A program made the translations under genes and the position numbers. The notes below the pieces were generated by a model. That model was given only the letters and a program-made list of their open reading frames with translations. It was not told where the DNA came from and searched no databases. A stretch of 64,000 nt of DNA from Cenococcum geophilum. Its lineage: Eukaryota. The DNA lies in assembly GCA_050273025.1 (NCBI GenBank), contig CP158635.1, positions 30,380,001-30,444,000 on the forward strand. Direction: 5' to 3'. Shown in pieces: positions 11,958 through 24,100 of this stretch (positions are counted from its first letter, which is position 1; each line of letters opens with the position of its first letter).

Positions 11958-14697
11958 GGCACTGTAACTTTCCTATCTTAGAGAGGTCCTACCCTCCCAC
12001 ACTATTTTCCCTTAAAATCTCGCGATAACCTAAATAGAAACTCCATGGATACCTTATAAAAAGCCGTCGCGTAAAGGTAAGAAGGTCCCTCTAATAGTAA
12101 AAGATTACAATAATATAACCCTCTAGGTAAGACGGCCGAACGAGCCCTAATACCTAAATGCTCTAGAAGCTTAAAGACTTTTATATACCTACGGTCACTA
12201 GTAACGCTAAAGAAAATATAGATACCCTTTATAACGGTTATAATACTACTAGAAAGTAGGTAGAACCCCTCTAGCCCTACCTAAGCTAATTAGAAGATTA
12301 AGCGCTAGAGGTAACTCTAAGATCTTCCCTTAAGCTAGAAATGCTAGAGGAATACACTAATATATTTAACTAGGGAACTAACTAGAACCCTCCCAAAAGA
12401 CCACCGGCCTATAATTAGCATAGTAGTAGTATATAGACTGCTTATAAGCTAAGTAGGCCTACCTCTTTAAGTAATCTAAACTAACTACTAACTTAAGACT
12501 TAAGCCTTATAGGGAAATTTATACTAGCTACTAGTACTAATACTACCTCTATAGCCGGAGCTTCCCTAAGGCTAAGGTTAGAAAGTTAAAAGCCCTAAAC
12601 CAATATTCTCTAAAATAGATATTAGGAAGCTACTGTAAGGCTCTTAAAAGCTATTTAGGAAGGAGCCACTAATAAATATATTAGAAACCTCTAGGGGTAG
12701 GTCTAGATCTAGTAGAGCTTAATCTAAGCTGGATAAAATCTTTTATAACTTAGCTAAGGCTAAGGGCTTTTTAGGAGCTACCTAGTACCTACCTAAGAAG
12801 GTATGAAAGACTTAGAGAGTTATCTACACTATAAATGGAAAAAGGATATAAACTAACTAGCTAAGGCCTCTAATAGTCTAGAACTCCGCCATAGACCTAA
12901 CGCCTAGTAGTTAGACGATTAGGTTCGTAAGGTAGATAACTTCTTTAAGATACTAAGAATATAAGATAATACTAAAGAGCGTATACGCTAGATTATTAGC
13001 AAGATTAAACCCCAATTACTAAACTAGATTATACTTAATTAGCTTAATAAAGAGCAAATTACTATATAGCTATAGCTGTAAACCTTCCTAAAGAAATAGA
13101 CTTAAGATCTATATATTATATAATATAATAATATAGAGCTATTCTAAAATAGAATATAGCTTAACCGCTATAACTTCCGCTAGTTTATAAACTTTATAAA
13201 AACTTATACTTAATAGATAGATCTAGAACCCTTTAAAAATTAAAACGGTAGCATTTATAAAAAGAAAAAAATTGGGTTTATCTAGGCTAGAATTAAGCTA
13301 GTAATTTATAATAAAATAAAGTACGTGGGAGCCCTCTTGCGGATTACTATATATACGGATTTTAAATAAGTAGTTCTAAACGCTAAAGATATAGTAAAGA
13401 ACTAGACCTCTTTTAGTAGAAAGCTAAAGGGTTACTAGAAGTATAGGCACTCTAGTAGAAATATAGGGCAGTCCTAACCTTTAAAAAAGCCGTTTTTAAA
13501 GAAAACTTTAAAAGGGTTAAAGTTAGAATCTTTAAATAATGGGAAAAACTCCTAGGGCTAACCTAATACCTATCTGGCACCTTTATGGGAATACTTTAAG
13601 AAGTTAAGAGAAAACTCTAGAGGTAGATTTTATTAGAAAAATAAGTAGAGTAATAACCGTACTGATAATCTAAAAAAAAAAGCCTTAGTTATAGACCTTT
13701 TCTAGCTGCAACTAGGGTAAGATATAGAAGAAAAGACTTTTTATATTACTATTAAGCTAGAAATAATACTTCCTATAGGTAAAGTACGTTAGTTCTAAGC
13801 ACTATATAATAGCGGCGCCGAAATTAATCTTATACGATATAATTTAGTAAAAGAGTATAAACTTATCCTATTATAAGCTTCTTAGATAAGTATTAAATTA
13901 AACTATATAGTGCTTATAAGCTTATAGTGTTAGTAGCTAATATATATAACCGCACTAAGGTAGTTAGCCCGCAACCCTTCTAGGCGGCTAACTTTATAGG
14001 TTATAACCTTATCTTTAAATACCCTTAGCTTATAGAAGTAGATCTTAAGATACGCTTTAAGATAGGAGCCTTTAAATAGTAAAATAATAAAGATTTAGAA
14101 GGGTGTATATTACTAATAAGCCTAAAGGATATCCTAGAGAATATAGCCCTAGGCAAAATAGTGTACGCTTTATATCTAAAGAAGTATTAGATCTAACCCC
14201 TATTTAATAGCAAAATAAGTATAGAGCCTAGTATAGGTAATAACCCCTTTATAACGGAGACCTTATAGGGAACTACTAAATAGATTACAGAGATATTATA
14301 GGGAGGCGGCGATCTTAAAGATCTTATAAAATACTTTAACCGCTATAGGTTACTCTGGCTTAAGTAATACGTAGAGAGTATACTTTAATACCTTAAACGT
14401 TACGTTAAAGAATTCTCTACCCTCTACTAGCTACTATATGCAACGGTTTAATATACGGTGGCAACTATATATAAGCAACTACTATCGTGCACGACGCTGC
14501 CCATAAGTATTTTAAGGGAGCTTTGGAACCTACCTAATAATAATATAAAGAATAAACGCGACCCTAATTTATTAAATATTCTAGTAGGCCTAAGGGACTT
14601 ACTAAGGGTATTTTGGGGTAGGAGAGCTAAAGTCCTACTATAGAACTCGGAGTATAATTATATAATTAATTTAGAAAAAGGTAAACAACCGCCAAAC

Positions 14698-15133
14698 GCG
14701 CATCCAATCTCGCCTGACTGCCACCAACCGTACATAGTAATTGTAGCGAACGGCTGTGGCTACACGCAAGGACCTTTTTGGTTGCCATGGAGAATCGCCT
14801 TGGTTGGCCAGGAGAACCAAATTGAAGACGTACGCTTCTTCCTCTCCCCCTTAACTACCCCTCCCGTTGTGGCCGCCAAAACGTGAGTACAACGCTGTCT
14901 CTGCAGAGAGGTCGATGGAATTTGGCAATATCGTACGGGTGGAAACCTCACGATATTTGACAAAGATCACGACACTGCGGAGAAAGGCCGATCGCTGTCC
15001 GCAGGTTCTTGTAGCCAAGCATACAGCCTCGCTACAATTACTATGTACAGTTGTGGCGATTTCGCGGGCCCGCGTACCGTAGCGAAATATTTTTTTTTCA
15101 AGGGGGGGGTGAAGCTGGTCGTGCACATCACTG
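14698..15133. other. GC-balanced, non-RIP segment with an internal inverted repeat; probable end of a DNA transposon
   Basis: gtacatagtaattgtagcga (14730-14749) is the exact reverse complement of 15029-15048. The right end reads CAGTGATGTGC on the minus strand, next to TA. The left boundary is approximate. Confidence 0.55.
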
Positions 15134-16008
15134 TAGCTCTAACGACGGTCGTCTAGCTCTGGCGACGGTCATCTAGCTCCGGCTCCGGCCGTCTAGCTCT
15201 GGCTCCGGCCGTCTGGCTTTAGCAACGGTCGTCTAGCTCTAATGATGGTCGTCTGGTAATGGCGACGGTTATCTACTAGCTGTTGTTCTGGAGTCTCCTT
15301 AGGTAGGGATAATATAAGGAAGAAAGGGTAAAAAATGAGGTGGCTACCTAGGTATATATAGGGGGTATACTTAGCAGAGGCATATGTAGAGGCTATCGGG
15401 AATATAGCGGGGACCTAATAGTAATGTGTCGCGCGCATACATAAAGGCTTTGTGTAGAGCTTTGTATAGAGCCTCTATATATAGAGCTTCGCGCAGAGCC
15501 TTATGTAGAGCTTCGCGTAGAGCCTTGTGCAAAGCCTCTATACGTAGAGCTTCGTATAGAGCTTCGTAGAGCTTTATGCAGAGCTTTGTGTAGAACTTTA
15601 TATAGAGCTTTGTGTAGAGCTTCGTGTAGAGCTTTGTGCAGAGCTTCATATAGAGCCTCGTGCAGAGCCTCTGTACGCAAAGCTTTGTGTAGAGCCTTAT
15701 GTAGAGCCTCGTGCAAAGCTTTATATAGAGCTTCGTGTAGAGCTTCGTGTAGAGCTTTGTGTAGAGCTTTATGTAGAGCTTCGTGCAGAGCTTCGTGTAG
15801 AGCCTTATGTAGAGCCTTTATACGTAGAGCTTCATGTAGAGCATAGCTTTATATAGAGCTTTTGTGGTATTTTTATTGCAGCCGAAAATTAGAGTTTAGC
15901 AATCTGCGGCGATTTGCACGAGTAGCCTATATGTTTGTAGTAAATCGCTGCAAATCGCCGCAAATTGCCAAAATTGCGACAACGTGGCCTAAAAAAAATT
16001 TCCTAATA
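15134..16008. mobile_element. CATC-ended element copy C (right arm only)
   Basis: 20-bp and 12-bp arrays, then aaaaaaaatttcctaata (RIP form of ...aatttcctgatg) followed by TA. Inverted homology to 30568-31240. Confidence 0.8.
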
Positions 16009-16038
16009 TACCTAACAATTACTAGTTAAGCCCATATA

Positions 16039-17790
16039 ACGTCTTAGCCACCCAGACGAGACAGCCACCCACCCGAGACAATGCACGGGCCTCCTACCAA
16101 AATCAAAATCAAAACATCAAAATACTCCTCTACTACCCCTTAATTGCTGTCGCTTAATCAAGAAGATCGAATGCAAATTGTCCTTTAATTATTGGAAGCC
16201 AATCCTAATTAATCTGGCCGTTTGCTTGCCCGAATATACGGTCTATTGCCTTCTTTTATTCACTATTATTGCAACAGCCGCCAATTGAGCAAGGAGTATC
16301 ACTAAAAGCTCTAAAAGCTCTTAGTTATTAAGGAGGACTCCCTAGTTAAATAGATTAATATAATGGGAGCCTAGGGTTAGCTACCTTAAATTTAATACCT
16401 TAAATCTATAGCCAAAAGTATCCTTACTATAAAGAAGCGTCCTTTAGAGCTTAAAGTTTAATTCGCCTAAGGCCTTAATTAAAAGCGAAAGGATACTAAA
16501 GATCCAGAGATTATTAAAGAGTGGTTTAATCTCTACGAAGCTACTATTACTAAGTATATAATTCCTCTAGGCGATTAATATAATATGGATAAGAAAGGAA
16601 TTATAATAGGATTAGGCGATAAGGTTAAGGTGCTTATTCCTTAATTAGAGGCTTAAGCCTTTATTATAGAGCTAGGTAATTATAATTAGGTGTCTATTAT
16701 TAAGTATATATTAGGAAGTTAATATTAATTACCTCCCTACCTTATCTTTTAGGGGAAGTAAATATAACGATCTTAGATATTACCTAAACTTAACCGCAAG
16801 ACAGTAATTTAAGTAAGCGATTTAGGGTGGACAAATTCGGATATTATAGTTAATTGGTTAAAATACTTTAACTAATATATAAAGCTACGCCTTTAAGGAA
16901 TCTATTACTTATTAATTCTTAACGGATATAAGAGCCACGTATTAATGCCATTTGTTAAGTATTGCGAGGCTTATAAGATTATCCCTCTTTATCTACTACC
17001 TTATTTAACACACCTACTTTAACCCCTAGATATTAGTATATTTAGCCCCTTATTAAAGCCTATTAAAAGCACCTCAATAACTTCGCCTTCTATAGAGCTG
17101 TTAATATTACTAAGCCTAAGTTTCTTAAGTATTACTAAGCTGCGCGATATAAAGCTATATTATTAACTAATATAGTAAGTATATAGCGGGCAACTAGCCT
17201 TCTACCATTTAATCCTTCAGTTATTTTAGAAAAGATTCGGCTAACAACTCCTTCCTATATAAGCTTTATAGATAAAAATAGCCATAAATTTAATATACCC
17301 GTGTCTCCTTCCGTAGAGGAGAGACTTACTAAGGTATTTAGGCAGCTTTTGTAAGGTGCATTACCCCTACGTTTTTAAGTTATGTATAATATTTGGCAGT
17401 TTATATTAAGTATAGTAGCTAATAATACAATTCTTAAGCAAACAAATTAGGAGCTTCTTAAAAGATAGAAGAAGGAGCGGTATAATAAAACAAAAGCTGC
17501 CTATAGGAAGGCACGAGTTTTATTAGTAGTAGAGGTATAAAAAAAGAATAATGAAAAGCTTTAAAAGGAGCAGGAAGAAAAGAAGGTAAAGGAAAGAAAG
17601 CTGCGTTATAGGGGGTTATTACCTTTATAAAGAAGGTTTGGAAGGAACTACCAATGGAGTATAGTGTATTTGTATAATAGGGTAGATTTAGGTTGATTTT
17701 GAGGTTGATTTTAGGGTTGATTTTGATTTTAGTAGGAGGTCCGTACATTATCTCGGGTGGGTGGCTGTCTCGTCTAGGTGGCTAAGACGT
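16039..17790 (+). mobile_element. Fot1/pogo-type DNA transposon (1752 bp) with RIP-degenerate transposase
   Basis: TIRs of ~75 bp starting acgtcttagccacc; TA TSD (16037-16038, 17791-17792). Motifs NMDEKG ~16582-16600, LLILDGHESH ~16909-16938, QPLD ~17020. Confidence 0.93.
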
Positions 17791-18198
17791 TAATTAGTTA
17801 TAGGATCCTACTAGGAAGTTTAAGGATATCTACTAAAGAGTATAAGGATACCTTTAGGAATAGGAGGAGTAATAAAAGTATACAAAGTAGAGCCTATAGG
17901 ATGCCTAAGAGTAATAGAGACTTTAATATAACCGTAAGTACTAGAATAAGTAAGAGTAGGTAATAAGGTTCTATTACGTTTAACAAATATTAAGACCCGT
18001 TAATTATTAAAAAAAAGCTTAATATAAGATACCTAGGTCCATTCTAAATTAAGGAACGAATTAGTAAATTAGCCTACTATCTCTAGCTACCCCCATTTAT
18101 AGCCTATATATATTTAGTGTTTTATATAAACCTACTAAAGCTATAGCATAGACTACTACTAAAAAAGAACTTCCGTTTAGGCCCAATTAAACACCTTA

Positions 18199-21100
18199 TA
18201 TAACGGAACCTTGTAGCAAGAACTACGATGGGCTCGTTATTGGGCTAGGTGTGTAGGAAATGCAAGTATAAAAGTCAACAACGTAATAACAACTGGTGGA
18301 GTGGTTGCCCAATAGATTAACTCCAATTATATTCTAAAAATCACTATAAGGAAGGAACTATCTAGGTAGGGACTAAGGGTCCTTAAATATACAACCGTAC
18401 TCCTATGAAATCCTTTTTATATATAATGTACGTCTTATACATAAGGAACGTGAGTTCCTCTCGTTTCTTTTGTTTAATATGTAGCATATTATGTGACCTT
18501 AGTTACCATTCCTTATTACATAGTTCTATCGGCTCTATCCTAGACCGTACCTAAATTAACTAACTAGCTTCTTCCGTCTCTTCTCCAAGTAGTCGTAATA
18601 TTATACTTAAAGCGTCCGTAACACCATCTCCCTCCTCTTTATCTTTGTCCTTAAAGATTTAAAATATCTCTAAGTCGTTTACTAGAGGTATAATATCTAT
18701 CTAATTAATTTGGTTAATATTATTGCTTATTATACCTAAAGCAATTTCTTCTTTACACGCCCAACGTTGTGCTCGCACTGTTGCTACAATATTGTCTCTT
18801 AGTGAGATTATACTATCTCCGTATTCTCGCTGTTTGAAAAAGGGGTTAGTTTATATTACGTTGGCGAATCCATCTTTACGACAACCGTCCTTTTACTTAA
18901 AGTGTACTAAAGCGAATGTTCGTTTATCCTATAACGTTCGCTCTACTTTAGATGCTAAATATACGCGACCTATTACTCTTAATAGTCGTCTAGTTCCCTA
19001 ATTAATTTATCTTAGGGTCTTGTGTTTAATCTGCTGCTACGTAACTAGATAGTGAACTGTCGCAAGCCCTTACTAAGTTAGAACGTTCCCGTGACGCGGA
19101 ATAAAAGGCCCTAGATACTTAAATTACGGCGTTTGCTCGTCTACTTCGTCTTAAGAAGGTTCGTAAGAAGGTTCGTTTTAAGAAGTAAAAACTTATAGAA
19201 TAAGGTTTATAGGAACTAGGTGATAAAAGAACGGATTCTCTTCTAACAGAGAAGGAAATAGATCTAAGTAGTTTGGCAACTGCTCTTCTTAAGTCCCCCT
19301 TAGGTAACTCGTTCTTTGGCGATTTTTCTTTATTAATACTACCTAACCTAATCTTTTCTGATACTCCTATACCTTTCCTATAGCGTTCTTTAGATTTTCT
19401 AGTGGCTCCTAGGTAGTCTTAGTATAGCCTATCTACTTAACCTTGTACCATGTTTCGTTATTAGTGTCCTTATAATTAACGATCTTTAAAACTTACTATT
19501 TGTCTTCTTCCTATCCTCTATACGTGTCTACTTTATAAACCAGTAGCTTAATATTCCCATATACTGGCTCTAGTATTATAATGTGCTATATAGGGTAGAT
19601 CTTTATTTTAGCTAGTAGGTCTAACTTAAATATAACCAATAAAATCCTTTATGTAATTTTAAAAGGTCCTAGTCTAACGTGGTCCAATTTCTTACTTAGT
19701 TGTTAACTCTTAAAATTTTTGTGTAGTAGCCATACTTTATCTCCCTCCTTAAGATCTGGTCCCTTAGATCTCTTAGTATTATAGTACCTTTTTATTCTCT
19801 TTTGTACTTTCTTTATTAATTCTATAAGGTCTGCATAAAGATTTATTAACGTCTTTATTCTTTCTTTAGCTATACTACTCATTTTCTTTACTTGCCGTAG
19901 TAATAACGATATTCTTAGCTTATATCCATAATTTGCCTTAAATGGTAATATGCCTATCCCTTCTTAAGGTGTTGCATTGTATGCAAACTATATAACTAGT
20001 AATAGTAATACCCAATTATTCTGTGCATAATTAATATAATACCTTAGATACTATTCTAGTGTCTAATTTAATCTTTCTATTTAACCGTCTGTTTGTAGAT
20101 AATATATAGTAGAAGTTGCTGCTTAAACTCCTTACTCCGCTAAGAACACTTCCCAAAATACTACTATAAATCTTAGATCTCTATCTAATATAATCTTACT
20201 TAGTGCTCCATATCTTGCGAATACTTCTTTAATATAGATTCTAGCGACATCTTCCGCTAAGATTTCTTCTATATATGCTATAAAGTATTCCTACTTTATA
20301 AGCTTATCTACTATTACTAAGATCGCGTTATAATCTTGTCCGGTAATAGAATCCTTTAATTTTAGCAACTTAATAATAAAGTCCCATAATATAACCTCCC
20401 ATGGTTTCTCTGGTATTTTAATAGGTTGTAGCCCTCCATATAGCCTATGCCTTGTTAATTTATTCCTTTAGCAATCTAGATATTCCTTTATAATTTTTCT
20501 AGCTATCCTTTAGATTCCGTTAATAATATATTCCTCCTAGAGTCTTAATACTAAGCTTATAGCTCCGCTATATCCTTAAGTTAGTCCCTTATAGAAGTCT
20601 TCTATAAACTATTCTGCTATACTTCTTAGGATATACTTTACTTCTTAATTTTCGTATATATCCGTCTATAGGTCTTCTAGCTATGCTTTTAGAATTCTTT
20701 ATACCTAAAAGCTTTCCGGTGTCTCGTAGACTTTCTCTAGTTTATTATCTTCTTAAGTTACTATAATTTTCGGATAATTGTACCTAATTAATCCGTCTAT
20801 ATCTTTTCGTAATAAAGCCCCTAATGGCTTTTCCTTATTTTATAGTTTAGCTTTACGGCTTAGAGTATCTACCCGCGTATTATCTATACCTTTGGTATAC
20901 TAAATCTTAAAATAGTATTCTATAAGCATCTCTACCCATCTAACCTATCTTTAGTTAAGTTCCTTTGTTATTAGGAATCCTATTAGGTTTTTATAATCCG
21001 TCTTAACTATAAATAGTTTTTCTATACCTTATAAGAATACTCTCTATTCCTTTAATGCTGTAACTATACCTAATAACTCCTTATTATAGATATTATAGTT

Positions 21101-24100
21101 TAACTTTAGTGGTGTTATCTTTCAACTATAGTATGCCACTAGGTGCCATCTATCTTAATGTCTTTATATAAAGTACGCCCCTAGTATATAGTCTAATGCA
21201 TCTATCTCTATAACCGTCTCTAGTCCTAGTTAATAGATCTTAAGAACTAGCTCCTAGGTAAATAACTCTTTAACTTTCTTAAAGAGTTCTTTTTGCTCCT
21301 TTCCCTATGCCCATAGTTCTTCTTTCTTTATTAACCGCGTAAATGGCTTAATATTCTTTAACCACTGCGCTATAAACCTTCTACAGTAATTATAAAACCC
21401 TAGAAATAATCTTAACTATATAACGTTCTTTAGTTCCTACTAATTTACTATAGCCTCGATCTTCTTTAGATCTATACTAAGTTAGCCTAGTTTAATAATA
21501 AATTTAATAAAATTGGTCTTCCTAATAAAGAACTCGTATTTTTTAATTGCTACTAGCATCTGTTCTTCTTATAGTCTCTTTAAAACCCATTTAACGTATT
21601 CCTTGTATTCTTTCTCTATTATTAAGTAGATAATAATGTCGTTAAAATATACCATAATAAATTCATCTAAGTATTCTCCTAACACATTATTAATACGCTT
21701 TTGGAACGTTGCTAGTGCATTTATAAGCCCAAATTATATAACTAATAGTTTATATAGTCCTTCCTTTAACCTAAAGGCTGCCTTTTATTTGTTGCCTTCC
21801 TTAATCCTAATCTAATAGTACGCCTATCTTAGATCTATCTTTATAAAGATTTACGCATTGCCTATCCTATCTTAGATTTCGCTAATTAAGGGTAAAGGAT
21901 ACCTATCCTTTCTAGTAATGCTGTTTAACTGCCTATAGTTAATACATAGCCTTAGTTTACCATTTTTTTTTAGTATAAATAGTACTGGATAACCTACTGA
22001 TAACTGCGATGGTCTAATATATCCCTTTTATAGATTTTCCTAAATAAACTCTTTTAACGCTCTACCTTCTTCTTCGGTAAGCTTATAGATTGGAAAGAAC
22101 TTTAGACTTATTTTTAGTTCCAACTCTATCTTATAGTCCTATGCTGCATACTTTAACAGCTTTTTACTTTCTAGTAACTATAGTTTTTTACTATACTTAT
22201 AGTATCTCTTTAGTATATAACTTAGTCCTTTTTCTGTTTCTTTATAGGTTGCTCCTACTTAGTACTATACTAACTTGGCTTATTATCGTATCTTATAGCG
22301 TTAAGTATCTCTAATATTAACCTAACCTGTAATCTAATTAATCCTTAGATTATATTCCTATAACTAAGGCATACCTAATACTGCCTCGTCCTGTCCTAAC
22401 GGTAGGATATTAAAAGATATCTCGATTTGTCTCCCTTTAATAGTTATCTAAATAGGTCCTATTTTAAGATTAATAATCCTTCCTCTATAGGTTATTAGAT
22501 CTCCTAAAATTATAACTAATAGGTAAAGTTGCTTCTTTTATCTATAAGGTAGTCCCATTCTCTTAACTGCTACTAGTAAGATATAGTTTCGCGTTACTCT
22601 ACTATCTATTAGCGCTTTAAACTGCTAATCTTACCATTTAATTCATAAATTCAGGTGTTGTCCTTAAATTCCTTTAAGGGTCTAAGGCTCTACTACTAGC
22701 TCCCTCTAGTCCTATAGGCCTCTACTTTTTCTAACTATTAGCTGCTTAATCCTAGTGCACTTAGCTCACTTTTTGGCTAATGCCTAGTTTGCTTTTTATC
22801 TTCAATATACTATAGATACGTGTTTTCTAGGCATTCCCACCACTGTCGTCCGTCTAAGCATTCTTCTATAAGGAATCTTCCTAGTTAAAGTACTAAACTT
22901 CCTTTCTTTTGGACCTCTGCTGGATGCCATCTATATATATATTTGGTATTCCTATACTACTACTTATCTGTTATCTAGTACATCCTTATAGGGTATTTCC
23001 GATTCTTTTCCTTTAGATTCTTATATATGTTATATATATCGTCTATATACGTAATCCATGATAACGTATAATATGCTAGGTGCTTTAGGTTAACTCTTGG
23101 CTTATCTTTATCCCTAAATTTAAACCTTTATTATGCTAATCTAAACATTACAACTTTATTCGCAGGTACTAAGATACGTTTCTCGCTTCTCCAGTCCTCT
23201 AAATATTCCTCTAGATCCTTTAACATCATAATTAAGGCTCCTTTAATATGCGTTATGGCCTTTTCTATAATTAGGTAGTCCTAGATAACTTTTTCATCCA
23301 ACTATATATAGAAATCTTCCCACTTATCATTATGCCTCTACCTATACTACTTTTAGTATAGCTACTAGAGTATATACGGCTTATCCGTAAGGAAGTATCT
23401 TCTTATTACTACATTATAACAACCCTTTATGTGTTATTCCTTAAACCTAGTTAGAATCCCTAAATCCTCTTTATTTTCTAGTTTAGTAAGCTACTTAGCT
23501 CTTAGTATACCTACTCTCAGCCTATTAGTAATTCTTTGTACTAGTGCTTTGTCCTTTATACGTCCTAATATACTAGATCTCTTATTTAGTTTCTGTTCTT
23601 ACTATATAATAATTCTTTGCCTAAACTCTTTTATAGTTTCTTTTAGTTTGCGCCTTGCGCTCTAATCCTTAAAGTTATCTTACTTCTTAATCCTAGTATC
23701 GAACTTTTAATCTTTAGGCTAAACACTACATTCCCCTAGTAAGTCTTCTGGGTCTATATATCTATCTCCTAGTCTAACTACTATTTATATTGCAGATTCT
23801 CTAATCTATAAAGAAGCTCCTTGCTTCTTACCTATAGGTGTCCTTATTTATACTCTAAAATCTTAGTTCTTTAGATTCTTTAATCCTAAGCTTGCTTCTA
23901 ACTTAAGCTTAGCTCCCGCCTTAGTCTAACTAGGCGTCTATAGTATTCTTATCTTATCTTAAGAGTCTTAAATCTCACTTATCTCGTCTTGAGAATCTTA
24001 TGCTTGTAGGAAACTCTATCCCAAGCTTATTTATATATTTCTAAACTAAGCTACTACCCTACTCTATTAGTTTTCGTCCGTTATAGGTCCTTAGGTATAC

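Noticed and set aside
14760..15126. Three short ORFs in the GC-balanced island
   Set aside because: They overlap on both strands, have no recognisable domain, and are expected by chance in un-RIPed sequence.
22090..22314. Recurrent MERTLDLFLV ORF (also at 39952 and 48109) and ORFs at 23429 and 49526
   Set aside because: Antisense shadows of G2 pol with non-ATG starts; they recur only because the element is repeated.
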